64,000 nucleotides of DNA. Source: Methanotrichaceae archaeon (GTDB taxonomy: Archaea; Halobacteriota; Methanosarcinia; Methanotrichales; Methanotrichaceae). Under the pieces are notes generated by a model. The model did not search any database and was not told where the DNA came from. It worked only from the letters and a program-made list of their open reading frames with translations. The stretch is taken from assembly GCA_963803145.1 (NCBI GenBank), contig CAWDLW010000026.1, forward strand, positions 33,288 to 97,287, in the 5' to 3' direction. Both the position numbers and the translations under genes were made by a program. Below, one piece after another: positions 49,810-60,654 of this stretch; the first letter of the stretch is position 1, and every line of letters begins with the position of its first letter.

Positions 49810-50957
49810 ATAAAGTAATACCCCTCTTCAAACTCTCTTTAAAACAAACTAATTCTATTAATTTAATTTAAATTTACTTAGAAATTTTAACTTCGATTAG
49901 AAAACAAATTATGGGTCTTGATTTGATCTGGAATTAAACTTTCAATAGTTAATTTTAAGTAATTTGGGCGCTTATAACTAGGTTGCACCACCAAAGGAAG
50001 GTATTATTGATGTTATCTCCTCTGATTCCTAATTATAAGCACCCAAAATGGATAATAGTGCTCAAAATACTTGAAATTATCGGATCTCAGCGATCTAAGA
50101 AAATTGCATCCAAGTTAAAAATATATGATATAGATAATTTCGTATTAGCAATAAAAATTATAGTCCTATCAAGCTTGTTTGAAAAAGATATTTCCTCTAT
50201 AATTTCAGAAATAAATATGAATTTAGAGTTACAAAAGCTATTGGATATTGATTCAACGATAAATGCGCAAAAAGTCTATAAATCTATGTTTGATTTAAGT
50301 TATGACTCATTGTTCCATTTTTTTAGCAAAACATTCCAGTCTGAACGCCGTAAAAGAGATAAAAAGCAAAGAACTATAATTATTGATACCTCTCCAATCG
50401 TAATTGACCTTAATATTTGGAGAAACAAGGATAAAATAGGTAAGAAGAATAAAAAATATAAATGGTCTTATTACCCTTCCATAGGCTATTTCGTAGGATT
50501 TAAGTTAATTTTGGCTATAGATCTTGATGACAATCTTATTGGATTTGAAATTCATAAAGATTGTCCTAATGATTCAAAAATACTTATTCCTTTTGTAGAA
50601 AGGCTTTTCAATTCAAGAAAAATACATTCAGGCGATTTAATCATCTGTGATAAAGGCTTTACGTCAAAAAAGAATTATCATGCGTTAATCAATCAATTTT
50701 ACTTGATTCCGATTATTTATCCAAGGAATAACACCAATTTAGATCAAATAATTTACGAACTTAATCCGCCTTTAGATGCATTTTCTCACAATAAAAAAAA
50801 TATAAATTAGAAAAATGGATTCATATTGTTAACGAATTTAAGAATTTAATCTATCAATGGAAGAGTTTTAAGTATTATAGGCTTGAAATAGAAGTTTTCT
50901 TCAATATAGCTAAAAATACATTAGGATTGAACAAAATACATCAATATACACAGCCTA

Positions 50958-52140
50958 GTAGTTCGTAACATTAGTTTCTTATCCTATGGTAATGGCTAGA
51001 GAACTTCTCTCTGGCTTTAGTTTTAGTGAACTGCCATCTAACCTTTGCTTTAATCTTGTTTCGATCACGTTCCCAAGCGTATGCCTCTCTTGCAAGTGTT
51101 TTGATATTTCCGATTCTTCTGTTTAGACATTGCCTTGAAAGAGCAGAGAATTCAATTTCAGCCATATTGAGCCAGCTGCCTTTCTTTGGAGTAAAATGGA
51201 ACTCAAACTTCTTTGATAGCTGAAATGCCTCTTCAGGAGAGAATGCCTCATAAAACGAACCCGCCGAATGAGTATTAAGGTTATCCTGAACAACCCTAAG
51301 GGATTCTGCATCAGTGTATTTCGATACAACTTCTTGCATAAAATCAGCATAGTCTACTTTAGTCCGATGCTCTTTAACACGTATCATCCTCATCCCTAGA
51401 TGGGGATCAAAGGCGATGAATATGCAGCATGTGCCGTTACGGCGATATTCATAGTCAATTTTCTGTGGCCTTCCCGGTTTAGGAGGGACTGGAACTAAAA
51501 CGTTATCTATCAGTTGACATGGCATCTCGTCCATGCAGATTAAAGGATGTTTAGGATCATAGGGTTGCTCATATTGATCCAGCACGTCTTCCATATGCAT
51601 GATGTAATCGCTTGTTATCTCGCCAATACACCATCTAACCTTCTGCCAAGGCTTGGTCTCGCTTTTTTTAAGATCCTCTGAACGGTCATGGTAGATATGG
51701 ATTCTATTACCTCCATTTCCACGAGCCTATCGGCTAAAAGCTTCAGAGTCCAGGTCGATTTGCCTTCCGGTGGTTTCGAACAGGCAAGAAGGGTAACTTG
51801 TGTCTCAATCCTTCCATCTATCTTTGGAGGTGCGCCGCTTCTTGGTTTATCGTTTATTGCAGAGTCCAAACCTTCCTGGCAGTACCTTTTCCTTGTACTG
51901 TTAACCGTAGGTCTGGTTATTTTTAGAATCTTTACGATATCTTTATTGGAGTAACCTTCGTCTGCCATGAGCAGTGTCCTGGCACGAGTCACGCTTCTTA
52001 CAGATGCCTTTCCATGGCGAATAAACTGGTTCAGATATTCCCGATCCTCATCTGTCAATTTTACGACGAATATTGTTTTCCTCGACATGATTAGCGATCA
52101 TAAGGACTTGCTAGGATAAAAAACTTGTGTTATGATGTAC
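50958..52140 (-). mobile_element. IS630-family insertion sequence, apparently intact
   Basis: Imperfect TIRs GTAGTTCGTAACA / TGTTATGATGTAC; TA duplication (50956-57 and 52141-42) at a CTAG target. Confidence 0.92.
50971..52088 (-). CDS. IS630 transposase (HTH ORF plus DDE ORF joined by a probable programmed -1 frameshift)
   Basis: ORF1 51615-52088 carries the HTH (RSGAP, WTLKLLA). ORF2 carries CMDE, QDNLNTH and SWLNMAE. A -1 shift at the A7 run (51663-51669) gives KSETKPWQKVRWCIG. Confidence 0.9.
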
Positions 52141-52278
52141 TAGTGTCGAAAAAAAGGTTGTCCCAATAGTTTTCTTAGCTACAAAGTTAGTTTCTTTAGT
52201 GAATTCTCTAAATATCGGAAAAAAGGCTATACCTTCCTGGTAGGTCACGAAGAGGGGTAATATCGCTAAAGTTCAGGA

Positions 52279-53451
52279 TTAAATATACCATATACCCTGC
52301 GGCAGCTTATTCAGCCTCAGCGCCCCATTTGCTGCAGTCAAGAACGTATCCTCGACCCCTACAACGCCTACGCCGGGATAGATCATTTTCGGCTCTATTG
52401 CGATAGTCATATTCTCTTGTATGGTGTGATCTAGCGGACCCAGCACCGGGTATTCATCAAGCTCTAGACCAACTCCGTGGCCAACGAATCCGCATTTATT
52501 CCCGACTGGGCCACCCAGGCAATCCTGGTAGCCGAGCCTTGCACCTTCAGACTCAGATAGATCGAAGAGATCTCTCCCATTCTTCTTGGGGCGAAGCTCC
52601 TTTGCCAAGGTCATTTCAATTTCTAAAGCAGCATTATAGGCATCCTCCAGCTTTGGTGAAAGCTTGCCGATGGAGAATATCCTGGTCGCATCTGCGATAT
52701 ATCCGTTGTATATGCCCACAGTATCCACGAATACAGGCTCATTCCTTTTTATCTTCCGAAATCCTGCTCCCTGGGGAAACAATAGGGATGTGCCTCTGCC
52801 TCCGGTTGGCGAAGCAAGAAAGCTTGGGGCTGCAGCATCCGGGCCGGACATGAAATGCCCTAAGGGAACTATGCTGTTAAACCTCCGAAACCGGAGCGAC
52901 CCTTGATGTCCCATCGATCTCATCACAGATTCCACATGGCATGCCAGGTCAACCTCTCTTATCCCTTCCTTCAGGCATTCAGGAACTGATGAAATGCCAG
53001 TGTCCAGCATCCTGGCAGCTTCTTTTATCAGTCCGATCTCGAAGTCGGACTTTACAGAGCGTATCTGCCTGATCCTTTCGGATACGTCAACGAACTTAGC
53101 ATCGCCTAATACCATTTCCAATCTAGAGTAAATGCTGTATGGAAGTATGTCCTGCTCGAGCCCAATCACGCTACCTGACTGTACTCCCAAGTCCGATTTG
53201 AGGTTTTTGAGACTCTTAAGCGGCCGAATATTCAGAGGTGATTCATCAACAGCCCTCTCCAGGCTCCTTTTCACCATTACAACAGGCTCGGAATCCCTTG
53301 GGATATAGACCAGCCCGTCCTGAGCAGTGCCGGAAAAATAGCACATATCAACGGAATTAAACAGTATGGCTCCAGTCATGTCTCCCATCTGGGCCTGAAG
53401 CCTCTTTATCCGGGCATCGATCTCAGATTTCGGATGCAGTATATATTCCAT
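52279..53451 (-). CDS. M24-family Xaa-Pro peptidase-like protein
   Basis: Creatinase-like N domain; GYIADATR, GHGVGLELDE, AIEPK and GVEDT motifs. Confidence 0.9.
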   Translation of the reverse strand: MEYILHPKSEIDARIKRLQAQMGDMTGAILFNSVDMCYFSGTAQDGLVYIPRDSEPVVMVKRSLERAVDESPLNIRPLKSLKNLKSDLGVQSGSVIGLEQDILPYSIYSRLEMVLGDAKFVDVSERIRQIRSVKSDFEIGLIKEAARMLDTGISSVPECLKEGIREVDLACHVESVMRSMGHQGSLRFRRFNSIVPLGHFMSGPDAAAPSFLASPTGGRGTSLLFPQGAGFRKIKRNEPVFVDTVGIYNGYIADATRIFSIGKLSPKLEDAYNAALEIEMTLAKELRPKKNGRDLFDLSESEGARLGYQDCLGGPVGNKCGFVGHGVGLELDEYPVLGPLDHTIQENMTIAIEPKMIYPGVGVVGVEDTFLTAANGALRLNKLPQGIWYI

Positions 53452-53672
53452 TTTTTAACTCCTGTTCTTCTCACAAGGTCCGTTGGACGGATCTCTCGCA
53501 TAGTGATAAATCTTTTGGCAGGCATAGCTGCAAGCCGGATGATTATAGGTCGAGAAGAGTATTAATTTGCGCATTGATCACAGCAGATCACTGAACATAA
53601 ATTACTCTGAATAAAAGTTGGGATGCAAATCCAATCACCTGGTTGCATCCCGCTCGAGCTTGGCTTGCTGAT

Positions 53673-55607
53673 CTACTTCAAAGTACTTGTACCATTGACA
53701 ACGTCCATTTCTCCACTGTTGGTATCAGCATTGATGGGTGCTGATGTATCATCGATTAACTCGCATGCATGGCATCCACTGCTGGTAACGGGTTCGCTGG
53801 CTTGGACAGGAGCTGCGTCACTATAAGGTTTTGTGCAAGGTATCTGCACGCAGTCTTGTCCGCTGATTCTCTTGGTCCCGTATTCTTTGTAGAGAACGCC
53901 GGATATGGTCAACGGGAGCTTCACTGAATGGTCCGCTGAAACTGGCAGATTTAGACTCCTGTCGATTTCTGGTATACTGAACTCAAGGATTAAGTCCAGC
54001 ATGCCATCAGATCCCTTATCTGTGCAGTCGCATAACGTTCCGTTGAACGGTGTCGCTTCGTCTGCATAGTAGAATCCAACAGGAGAGATTTGGCTTCCGT
54101 TATAGCCCAATCTGACTGAGGCTGGATCTATGCTCTTTACATCGAAGTCCTTAGCGCCTAGTATCGCTATAGGGATATTTCCATTAACCTTTAGGTTGAG
54201 ATAGTTAGGACACAGTCCCGGTTTAATATCTACATGGACCTTAGTTGTATGGCAATTTACCCCCATAAGTTCATAGCTAATCCAATCGCAGACCTTTCCA
54301 AATGAGATGAAATTTACATTGCCCTGTTTATCAGGATAGACTGGATCAATGGTGCCGCAATATGCCTTTTTAGCCGGATCGTATGTTAGGTTATATTTAG
54401 TCCCCACTGGCATTTTATTAAGGTAGTATTGAATAGATCCCTGTAACGTGACCTCACATCCGGAACCCTGGGATATATATTTACCATATACCCATACTGT
54501 GTCTCCAGCTTTGACATCATTTTCTGCTGTTCCCCATGGAGGTGATGTTGATTGGGAAGTCACGACCCTTATTGTATCGCTGCAGGGATTTGGTCCACTG
54601 ATAACCTTGTCAACCTTCACATTCCAGTAATCAGGTGCTCCTGCAAGGTGGCCTTTCGTAAAGTTGATGAGCGTTCCCACGAACTTTATACTATTGTTCA
54701 TGCCATCAGGGTAATCTAAAACTATCCAGGCACTTGTCTTTTTTGCATCATGGGGTATTAATTGTCCATCTTTGCCTGTGAGCTCCACACAGATGTCTAG
54801 CTTATTTGATGCGCATTTGGCATCTGTATTTAAGTTGAATGAACATTTCATGTGTGAAGTTATGTTCTTCAAAATCGGCTGAAGTGTTCTTATTAAGCAT
54901 ATACTATAGAACTTTCCGCCTGTGCTGTTGGTCAAATTCGTTGCCCATCCGGGTGGAATTTGCCCATAACCGCTATTATCGCCGACGATATATAAAGTTA
55001 CTCCGTTAGAAATAAGCTCGGATTTAATACCATGGAAAGTATCTCCTTCTGCATTACAGCAATCTCCATCTGGATGAGGAACGCCATCGGATATCAAGAT
55101 GGCTATCTTTTGAACGCCATTTCCTCTCCATTTCTGATCGTTAGTTGTATGGTTTAAGGCCGCCAGGATAGATTCAGGCCTATCTCCTCCACAATGCGCA
55201 GTTAAACCGTTTATCCATGAATCGAATGTGTTGAGATCGCTTACTAAATTACCGTTGTTATAGATTCTGTATGGTACATCGCCACACGAACTATTGCCGC
55301 ATCTTCCATCACATACATCAGTAAAATCATCGAACTCCGTTAAACCTAATCGAAAGTCGATGCCTGATGAGTTTAACTTTTCGGCAAAATCTTTCGAAAT
55401 GGATTTCATACTCTGGATTTTATCTTGCATAGTATGAGTGGTATCAAATACCAGTACTATATCAGCCTTAACTGGATCACAATTTATATATTTCCTAAGT
55501 TCGTCACAAGTAAGCGCATTCACCGAAGCACACATCACAATTAGAATTAGAGGTATAGTTAGCGCTCTAACTAATTTGAGATGTCTCCATGGGTACCCCT
55601 TAATCAA
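53673..55607 (-). CDS. Secreted vWA-domain protein with an inserted ~92-aa module and a Cys-containing C-terminal domain
   Basis: ADIVLVFDTTHTM (MIDAS-like), GGDRPES and ILISDG; C-terminal VDIKPG...IPIAILG...DG-x-x-DL motif. Confidence 0.82.
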   Translation of the reverse strand: MIKGYPWRHLKLVRALTIPLILIVMCASVNALTCDELRKYINCDPVKADIVLVFDTTHTMQDKIQSMKSISKDFAEKLNSSGIDFRLGLTEFDDFTDVCDGRCGNSSCGDVPYRIYNNGNLVSDLNTFDSWINGLTAHCGGDRPESILAALNHTTNDQKWRGNGVQKIAILISDGVPHPDGDCCNAEGDTFHGIKSELISNGVTLYIVGDNSGYGQIPPGWATNLTNSTGGKFYSICLIRTLQPILKNITSHMKCSFNLNTDAKCASNKLDICVELTGKDGQLIPHDAKKTSAWIVLDYPDGMNNSIKFVGTLINFTKGHLAGAPDYWNVKVDKVISGPNPCSDTIRVVTSQSTSPPWGTAENDVKAGDTVWVYGKYISQGSGCEVTLQGSIQYYLNKMPVGTKYNLTYDPAKKAYCGTIDPVYPDKQGNVNFISFGKVCDWISYELMGVNCHTTKVHVDIKPGLCPNYLNLKVNGNIPIAILGAKDFDVKSIDPASVRLGYNGSQISPVGFYYADEATPFNGTLCDCTDKGSDGMLDLILEFSIPEIDRSLNLPVSADHSVKLPLTISGVLYKEYGTKRISGQDCVQIPCTKPYSDAAPVQASEPVTSSGCHACELIDDTSAPINADTNSGEMDVVNGTSTLK

Positions 55608-55687
55608 AGTAAATCCCTCTCAGTATTTTTACTCCTTTAATTTAGTTATAAAATGATAGCAATCAAGTATATAAAGCTTCTTAATTT

Positions 55688-57123
55688 GTATGTGTTTAGC
55701 CCCTATAGTATCATCCTTATGGATTTAGACCCTTTTAGCCATGACCTTATATAATATGCCTATAATATTCTGCTAGCTGGCATATGGATAAAGACGAGAT
55801 CATCAGGCAACCCCAAGAGCCAAATGACCTATTAAGACGCGAGAATGAATTTCTCAAAAGGCGCATAGAGGAACTTGAAGCTCGATTAGCTGATCTAGAA
55901 GCCCGATTGGCTAAGTATGAGAATGCTCATACTCCGCCGAGTCTGAGACGTGGCGGCAATCGAAGAAATGATCAGAATGAAACGGGAAAGCCTGGTCAGA
56001 AGAAAGGACATAAGGGTCTGACAAGGCCAATAGCCAAGCCTGACAAGCAAGTGCAAGTCACAAGAGATCGATGTCCTGATTGCGGTATGAAGCTTGGTGA
56101 TCCGTTCAGAATAGAATCGAAGATTATCGAGGAAATTCCCGAACCACAACCAGTTACAGTTACCGAGTACAAAATCTGCCATTACATATGCCCTCACTGC
56201 CTGAAAGAGGTTGTTGGAACCGATTCTGGTTGCCCAAGCGAAGGCATGTTCGGTAACAATACAATTGCACAGGCGACGTTACTGAAATACAAGGACAGGT
56301 TGCCTCATAGGAAAATCAGAGATGCACTGAAGCGACTGTATGGTCTGGATATAAGCCCTGCAACGATACTTGACTTAACTCGCCGTGCTGCAGATGCCGT
56401 TGCACTGGAATACAATACTATTTTGGAAAGAATTCGAGCTGCACAGGTTCTTTACGTAGATGAGACATCAATTGATGTTCAGGGTAAGACTCACTGGCTA
56501 TGGGTATTTGCAACTCTGGCTGAAACTTTTGTCGTGATTCGCAAGAGCCGGGGCATGAAGGTCCTGGTAGAGGTTTTGACGAGAAAGTTCAAGGGAACCA
56601 TCGTTTGTGATGGTTGGAAACCTTATGTACGTTTCTCAAAGCACTTACAGAGATGCTGGGCTCACTTACTTCGAGAATCAAAAGATCTAGCAGAGAAGAT
56701 TCCGGAGGCGGTTCCATTACATGGAGCACTCAGAAAGATCTATGATCTACTAATCGATGCTCTAAAGAACGATCCTCCGCCAGAAGTCCGAAGAGTGCTA
56801 TGGTATCTGGCAAGAGCTACGCTCAAGCAGCTGGTTAATGGCAAATATGCCAGCGAGAAAGTCAGAAAGCTTATTGGCAAAATTAGCAATGGCTTTGAGT
56901 ACTGGTTCACTTTTATCATTCAGCCAGGTGTAGAGCCAACCAATAACAGAGCTGAAAGAGCGCTCCGTGAACATGTTGTACAGAGGAAGATCATAGGAAC
57001 TTTGCGCAATAGCAAAGGAACGACTATTCATGAAAGGCTCATGACTGTGATCGCAACATGGTCACAACAGGGACTCGATAGTCTACAGATGCTAAGGCTA
57101 AAATTGTGTAGCTAAACACATAC
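55688..57123 (+). mobile_element. IS66-family (single-ORF) insertion sequence, intact
   Basis: Perfect 13-bp TIR GTATGTGTTTAGC / GCTAAACACATAC; 8-bp TSD CTTAATTT at 55680-55687 and 57124-57131. Confidence 0.95.
55784..57115 (+). CDS. IS66-family DDE transposase (TnpC-like)
   Basis: Leucine zipper, CPDC/CPHC zinc finger, YVDET, VCDG, QRCWAH and PTNNRAERALR. Confidence 0.93.
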   Translation: MDKDEIIRQPQEPNDLLRRENEFLKRRIEELEARLADLEARLAKYENAHTPPSLRRGGNRRNDQNETGKPGQKKGHKGLTRPIAKPDKQVQVTRDRCPDCGMKLGDPFRIESKIIEEIPEPQPVTVTEYKICHYICPHCLKEVVGTDSGCPSEGMFGNNTIAQATLLKYKDRLPHRKIRDALKRLYGLDISPATILDLTRRAADAVALEYNTILERIRAAQVLYVDETSIDVQGKTHWLWVFATLAETFVVIRKSRGMKVLVEVLTRKFKGTIVCDGWKPYVRFSKHLQRCWAHLLRESKDLAEKIPEAVPLHGALRKIYDLLIDALKNDPPPEVRRVLWYLARATLKQLVNGKYASEKVRKLIGKISNGFEYWFTFIIQPGVEPTNNRAERALREHVVQRKIIGTLRNSKGTTIHERLMTVIATWSQQGLDSLQMLRLKLCS

Positions 57124-57404
57124 CTTAATTTGAGTATCTAAAGTAACTTAGCTATTTCATGGTATTACTTGAATTTAATTTATGATGGCCAAATTATTAT
57201 AATTAAATGCCCAATCTTTAAAACGCTGAAATGAATTCCTTTTCCAATAAATATTTCTTCATATAGCAAAAATAAATTAACTCATTTTTACTGATGGGGG
57301 CGATAAATTTATATAAAATAAGAAAGAAGGTTAACTCAGAAGCCAAACATACCAATTTATTATACAAGGATTGGCATTTAGATATCCTAATGGGGGAATG
57401 AAGA

Positions 57405-58214
57405 ATGAAGGGAGTAGCAGTAGCGATAATCATAGCGGCTCTTCTAGCCGCTTGCGGTATTGTGGTGGCAACACCGCCACTCATTCCGCCAGTGCAGTTC
57501 GAGCAGTTCTGTGATAACCAGAAGGTATCAGGAACAGGTGTAGTCGATGTGAGCACGTCAATAGTAGACAAGAAGATAGCTCTTGAATATTATAACACTA
57601 TGGCCGGTGACGGTGACATAGAGCTTAACCAGGAGCATGCCTATTCTCAAGATGCCGATAAGCTCAAGAGGAATGTATCATCGGTCAACGGCGGAAATAA
57701 GTCTGCGCTGAATCTATACGAGAATACCAAGCTTACATATTCGGGCCAAACACCATTGACAGGTGGAAAATACCTCAACTCAAAGGAGTTCTATGGAGGA
57801 ATAGGTGCCGATGTCCAGGAAACGTTCTCGGTAAACCAGATGGAGAAGGAGGAGACAGGGTTCTTCGCTTCAACAACGCCATATGATCCTCCATATGAAT
57901 GCACACCAGAGGATCTCTTAAAAGATCTCAAGAGTGCTGGCAGGAATACAAAGCAAGTAGATGAATTGATGAATACTTTAGACTATAATACGGGAGAACT
58001 AACACCTGATCCTGCGCATCTAATCGGCATAGAGACCAAGAACACATTCAATGGTACCTGGGGCACAGACGCCAAGTGGCATAAGATATTCTACAAGGAC
58101 ATAAAGTCCCATGAGATGTTCACTGGACAGTTCGAGGCTGAGAAGACAATCAAGTTCCATGAGAATCCCGTGCCTGAGAATGAGCATCCCGTCTGCGAAG
58201 GCATAGACTGCTAG
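57405..58214 (+). CDS. Secreted hypothetical protein
   Basis: Signal peptide, beta-rich body and C-terminal CEGIDC. Confidence 0.75.
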   Translation: MKGVAVAIIIAALLAACGIVVATPPLIPPVQFEQFCDNQKVSGTGVVDVSTSIVDKKIALEYYNTMAGDGDIELNQEHAYSQDADKLKRNVSSVNGGNKSALNLYENTKLTYSGQTPLTGGKYLNSKEFYGGIGADVQETFSVNQMEKEETGFFASTTPYDPPYECTPEDLLKDLKSAGRNTKQVDELMNTLDYNTGELTPDPAHLIGIETKNTFNGTWGTDAKWHKIFYKDIKSHEMFTGQFEAEKTIKFHENPVPENEHPVCEGIDC

Positions 58215-58250
58215 GATAAAACCCAGCAGTCCATTTTTTTTATTTTTATG
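58207..58250 (+). terminator. Hairpin plus T-tract terminator
   Basis: GACTGCT...AGCAGTC stem followed by a T-rich run. Confidence 0.6.
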
Positions 58251-58356
58251 GAAATTGATACGTAATAAAAAATGATGTTATGCCTGGTTATATCATATCA
58301 GAATTGAAGAGAGCACAATAAAGCTATATACTCGACTAAAAATTCGCTCTTTAATC

Positions 58357-59868
58357 ATGTTCCTCTTCCATCGTCCAAATATGCTAGAGCCTAGGATTTC
58401 AGAGAGTCCCCCGGTGAACTATCTTGAGCTGAAGAACGGGCCTTACTACATAGTGGCCTCTGTAGAGGTCGGAAATACTACCACAAAATCAATTCTCACT
58501 GCAACAGATATGGAATCCGGTAAAACCTATATTGTAAATAAGACTGTGAAGATGACCCGAGACGTGCGGTCCCCTAGGCCCGGTGAGGAGGTATTCGCTC
58601 GCACAATCAACGGCACAGCTCTGACAAAAGAATCAGTGGCAGAACTGGTAAGAGACACACTTATCGAAAGTCACGATAGGGCACGTCTAGATATCAAGAC
58701 AGATTTGCATTTCGTCGTAAGATCTACCGGCGTCGTGGCAGAGCTAGATTCCCCAGACGAGATAGGAATCTTCATCCAGGCGTTAGCACAGGGCTGCCTG
58801 ATGGCAGGCGTTCCGCCGAGGCTTATGACTCCAGCAATGTCCATTCATAATATCATAGGAAAGTTCAGACCTTACACCATGATAGATAATGTCGTATTCA
58901 ATGGTGCTGTGGCATCCTGTTATCCTCCGCAAGGATCAACTGGCATAGAGATTGTGGCCAATGAGATGGAGGGGGAGCTTGCGACTGCTGGCATAAAGGA
59001 GGGAAGCAGGTGGACTGATGTAGATTTCCGCAATCCCTGCCTTTCAATGGATTTCGGCACTACTCTCAAAGGAAGGATTACTAGCGATGAATTACCTTAT
59101 GCCCATACGATAGGCAACATCCTAGGGTTAGCTGGAGCGATACCCGATGCAGTAGTCCAAGGAACGGGTCTTGTAGATAGGCAAACAGGAGCTTGCCTGG
59201 ATATCTTTGATCCTAAGATAAAGCCTGATTACGGAGAAAATGCAGAGGGATATGCGGATCAAATTGAAGAGCTAGTCACAATCGAAAAGGTGCCTATGGG
59301 CCGAACAAAATACGGACTTGTACCCGTAAATCCGCGGGCTGCCGAAATGAATAACGTGGTTCTGATAGGCTGTGATGTTGGGGTAAATGGGTCCGATTTG
59401 TGTAAGCTATCTAAAATCGGCGAAGACCTGTACATATCGAGAGGCCTGAAGGTGCTATTTGGGGCCATGGATATAATCAGTGCCCGTATGGCACGGAGGC
59501 TGGTTGAGGTCGGTATAGAAGAGGGTATTGTGACCGATAGAACGGCCATTGGAGTTACAGGACGTGCAGGAATAAGCGGAAATAAGCCTCGCATGATCCT
59601 TGAGGAGATAGATAAACTCGGCCTTTATGACAGGCCCGAGAAGAACGTTGTATTCGTAGATGATGGCTTAGCACGTGGTGCTGCTGTAATGGCCCGTTGC
59701 ATGAACTCCATGGGAACCCCTAGAAATCCATTGGGGGGATTGAGGTTTGGTAAGTGTATCCTGAAGCAGAGGATGGATTATCAATCCAAGAAAGGTCAAA
59801 CGCCCATACCACCGGATAATGGTTCATCTGAGAAGCATAGGACATACTACAGAGGAGGCCAACCTTAG
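58357..59868 (+). CDS. Methanogenesis marker 14 protein (actin-like/ASKHA fold)
   Basis: YYIVASVEVGNTTTK, MTRDVR, FVVRSTGV, NEMEGEL, DFGTTL and VDDGLARGAAVMARCMNS. Confidence 0.9.
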   Translation: MFLFHRPNMLEPRISESPPVNYLELKNGPYYIVASVEVGNTTTKSILTATDMESGKTYIVNKTVKMTRDVRSPRPGEEVFARTINGTALTKESVAELVRDTLIESHDRARLDIKTDLHFVVRSTGVVAELDSPDEIGIFIQALAQGCLMAGVPPRLMTPAMSIHNIIGKFRPYTMIDNVVFNGAVASCYPPQGSTGIEIVANEMEGELATAGIKEGSRWTDVDFRNPCLSMDFGTTLKGRITSDELPYAHTIGNILGLAGAIPDAVVQGTGLVDRQTGACLDIFDPKIKPDYGENAEGYADQIEELVTIEKVPMGRTKYGLVPVNPRAAEMNNVVLIGCDVGVNGSDLCKLSKIGEDLYISRGLKVLFGAMDIISARMARRLVEVGIEEGIVTDRTAIGVTGRAGISGNKPRMILEEIDKLGLYDRPEKNVVFVDDGLARGAAVMARCMNSMGTPRNPLGGLRFGKCILKQRMDYQSKKGQTPIPPDNGSSEKHRTYYRGGQP

Positions 59869-60001
59869 GATGTATATCCTGGACTGATTAGCAGTGAAGA
59901 AACTTGCATTACTAAGTCTCATTCAATTCACAAATTATCATAAATATTCATAAATTATCCTAAATAACTATTTACTGTCCTGTTCGCCATAATAATTTTA
60001 G

Positions 60002-60322
60002 GTGCAAATTATGGCAGAGGGCACAGTTCGACCACCACCTGGGAACTACTGTTGTGGTTCGTTAAATGGCATCATCAAAGATCCGATGTGTGCCCAAGGT
60101 TGTAATAATATATCGAAGACCTGGATCAAAGGGGGCGAATTGTTCCGATGCGAATTATGCAAGGAAGCCCTTATTGCATACGATAAAGCAGATGAAACTT
60201 GGCCTTGGGTTCGTTCTTTGAGAAGAGGCAATAACTCGAAACGAAGTTTCTCAGCAGATGCCCCAGAAAAGAGAACTCAGTTTATAGAGTACTTAAATAA
60301 ATGGCTATCTCGGTTTTACTGA
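60002..60322 (+). CDS. Small Cys-containing hypothetical protein
   Basis: ORF with an AGGTG RBS; short TPR-like segment (EALIAYDKA). Weak support. Confidence 0.45.
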   Translation: MQIMAEGTVRPPPGNYCCGSLNGIIKDPMCAQGCNNISKTWIKGGELFRCELCKEALIAYDKADETWPWVRSLRRGNNSKRSFSADAPEKRTQFIEYLNKWLSRFY

Positions 60323-60654
60323 GCTCAATCTAATTCAAAGCCAATAGCAAAACAAGACAGAATAGATGAAGATTCGCAAATCAACTATCGCACATACCTT
60401 ATCACAATTGCTCATATTGCCTCTTAATTATTATTTCATGTTCTCAAATAATTCAATATAACATTTTGCAAGCTGAATGATCTGGAGAGTGACCTGAAAT
60501 AAACACTAAACTGGTTGAATCTTCAGATCGAATCAAGGCCAATGGTCCGCGCGGACAGGAGGTGACCGATAACCTCAACCTCTTTTACGCCAATTTTTAA
60601 GATAAACAATATCAATCTTATCAGGTATTCAGGGGCAAGATTTTTGTCATTGCA

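Larger units (their letters stand above)
49819..52259 (+). mobile_element. IS4/IS5-superfamily DDE insertion sequence, frameshifted and interrupted by IS630
   Basis: Perfect 11-bp TIR TACCCCTCTTC / GAAGAGGGGTA. Transposase at 49983-50810 (IIDTS, GFKL, NDSK, CDKGF) continues after an A-run frameshift (RLEIEVFF...IHQYTQP) and resumes after the IS630 (SVEKKV...IPSW*). Confidence 0.8.
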
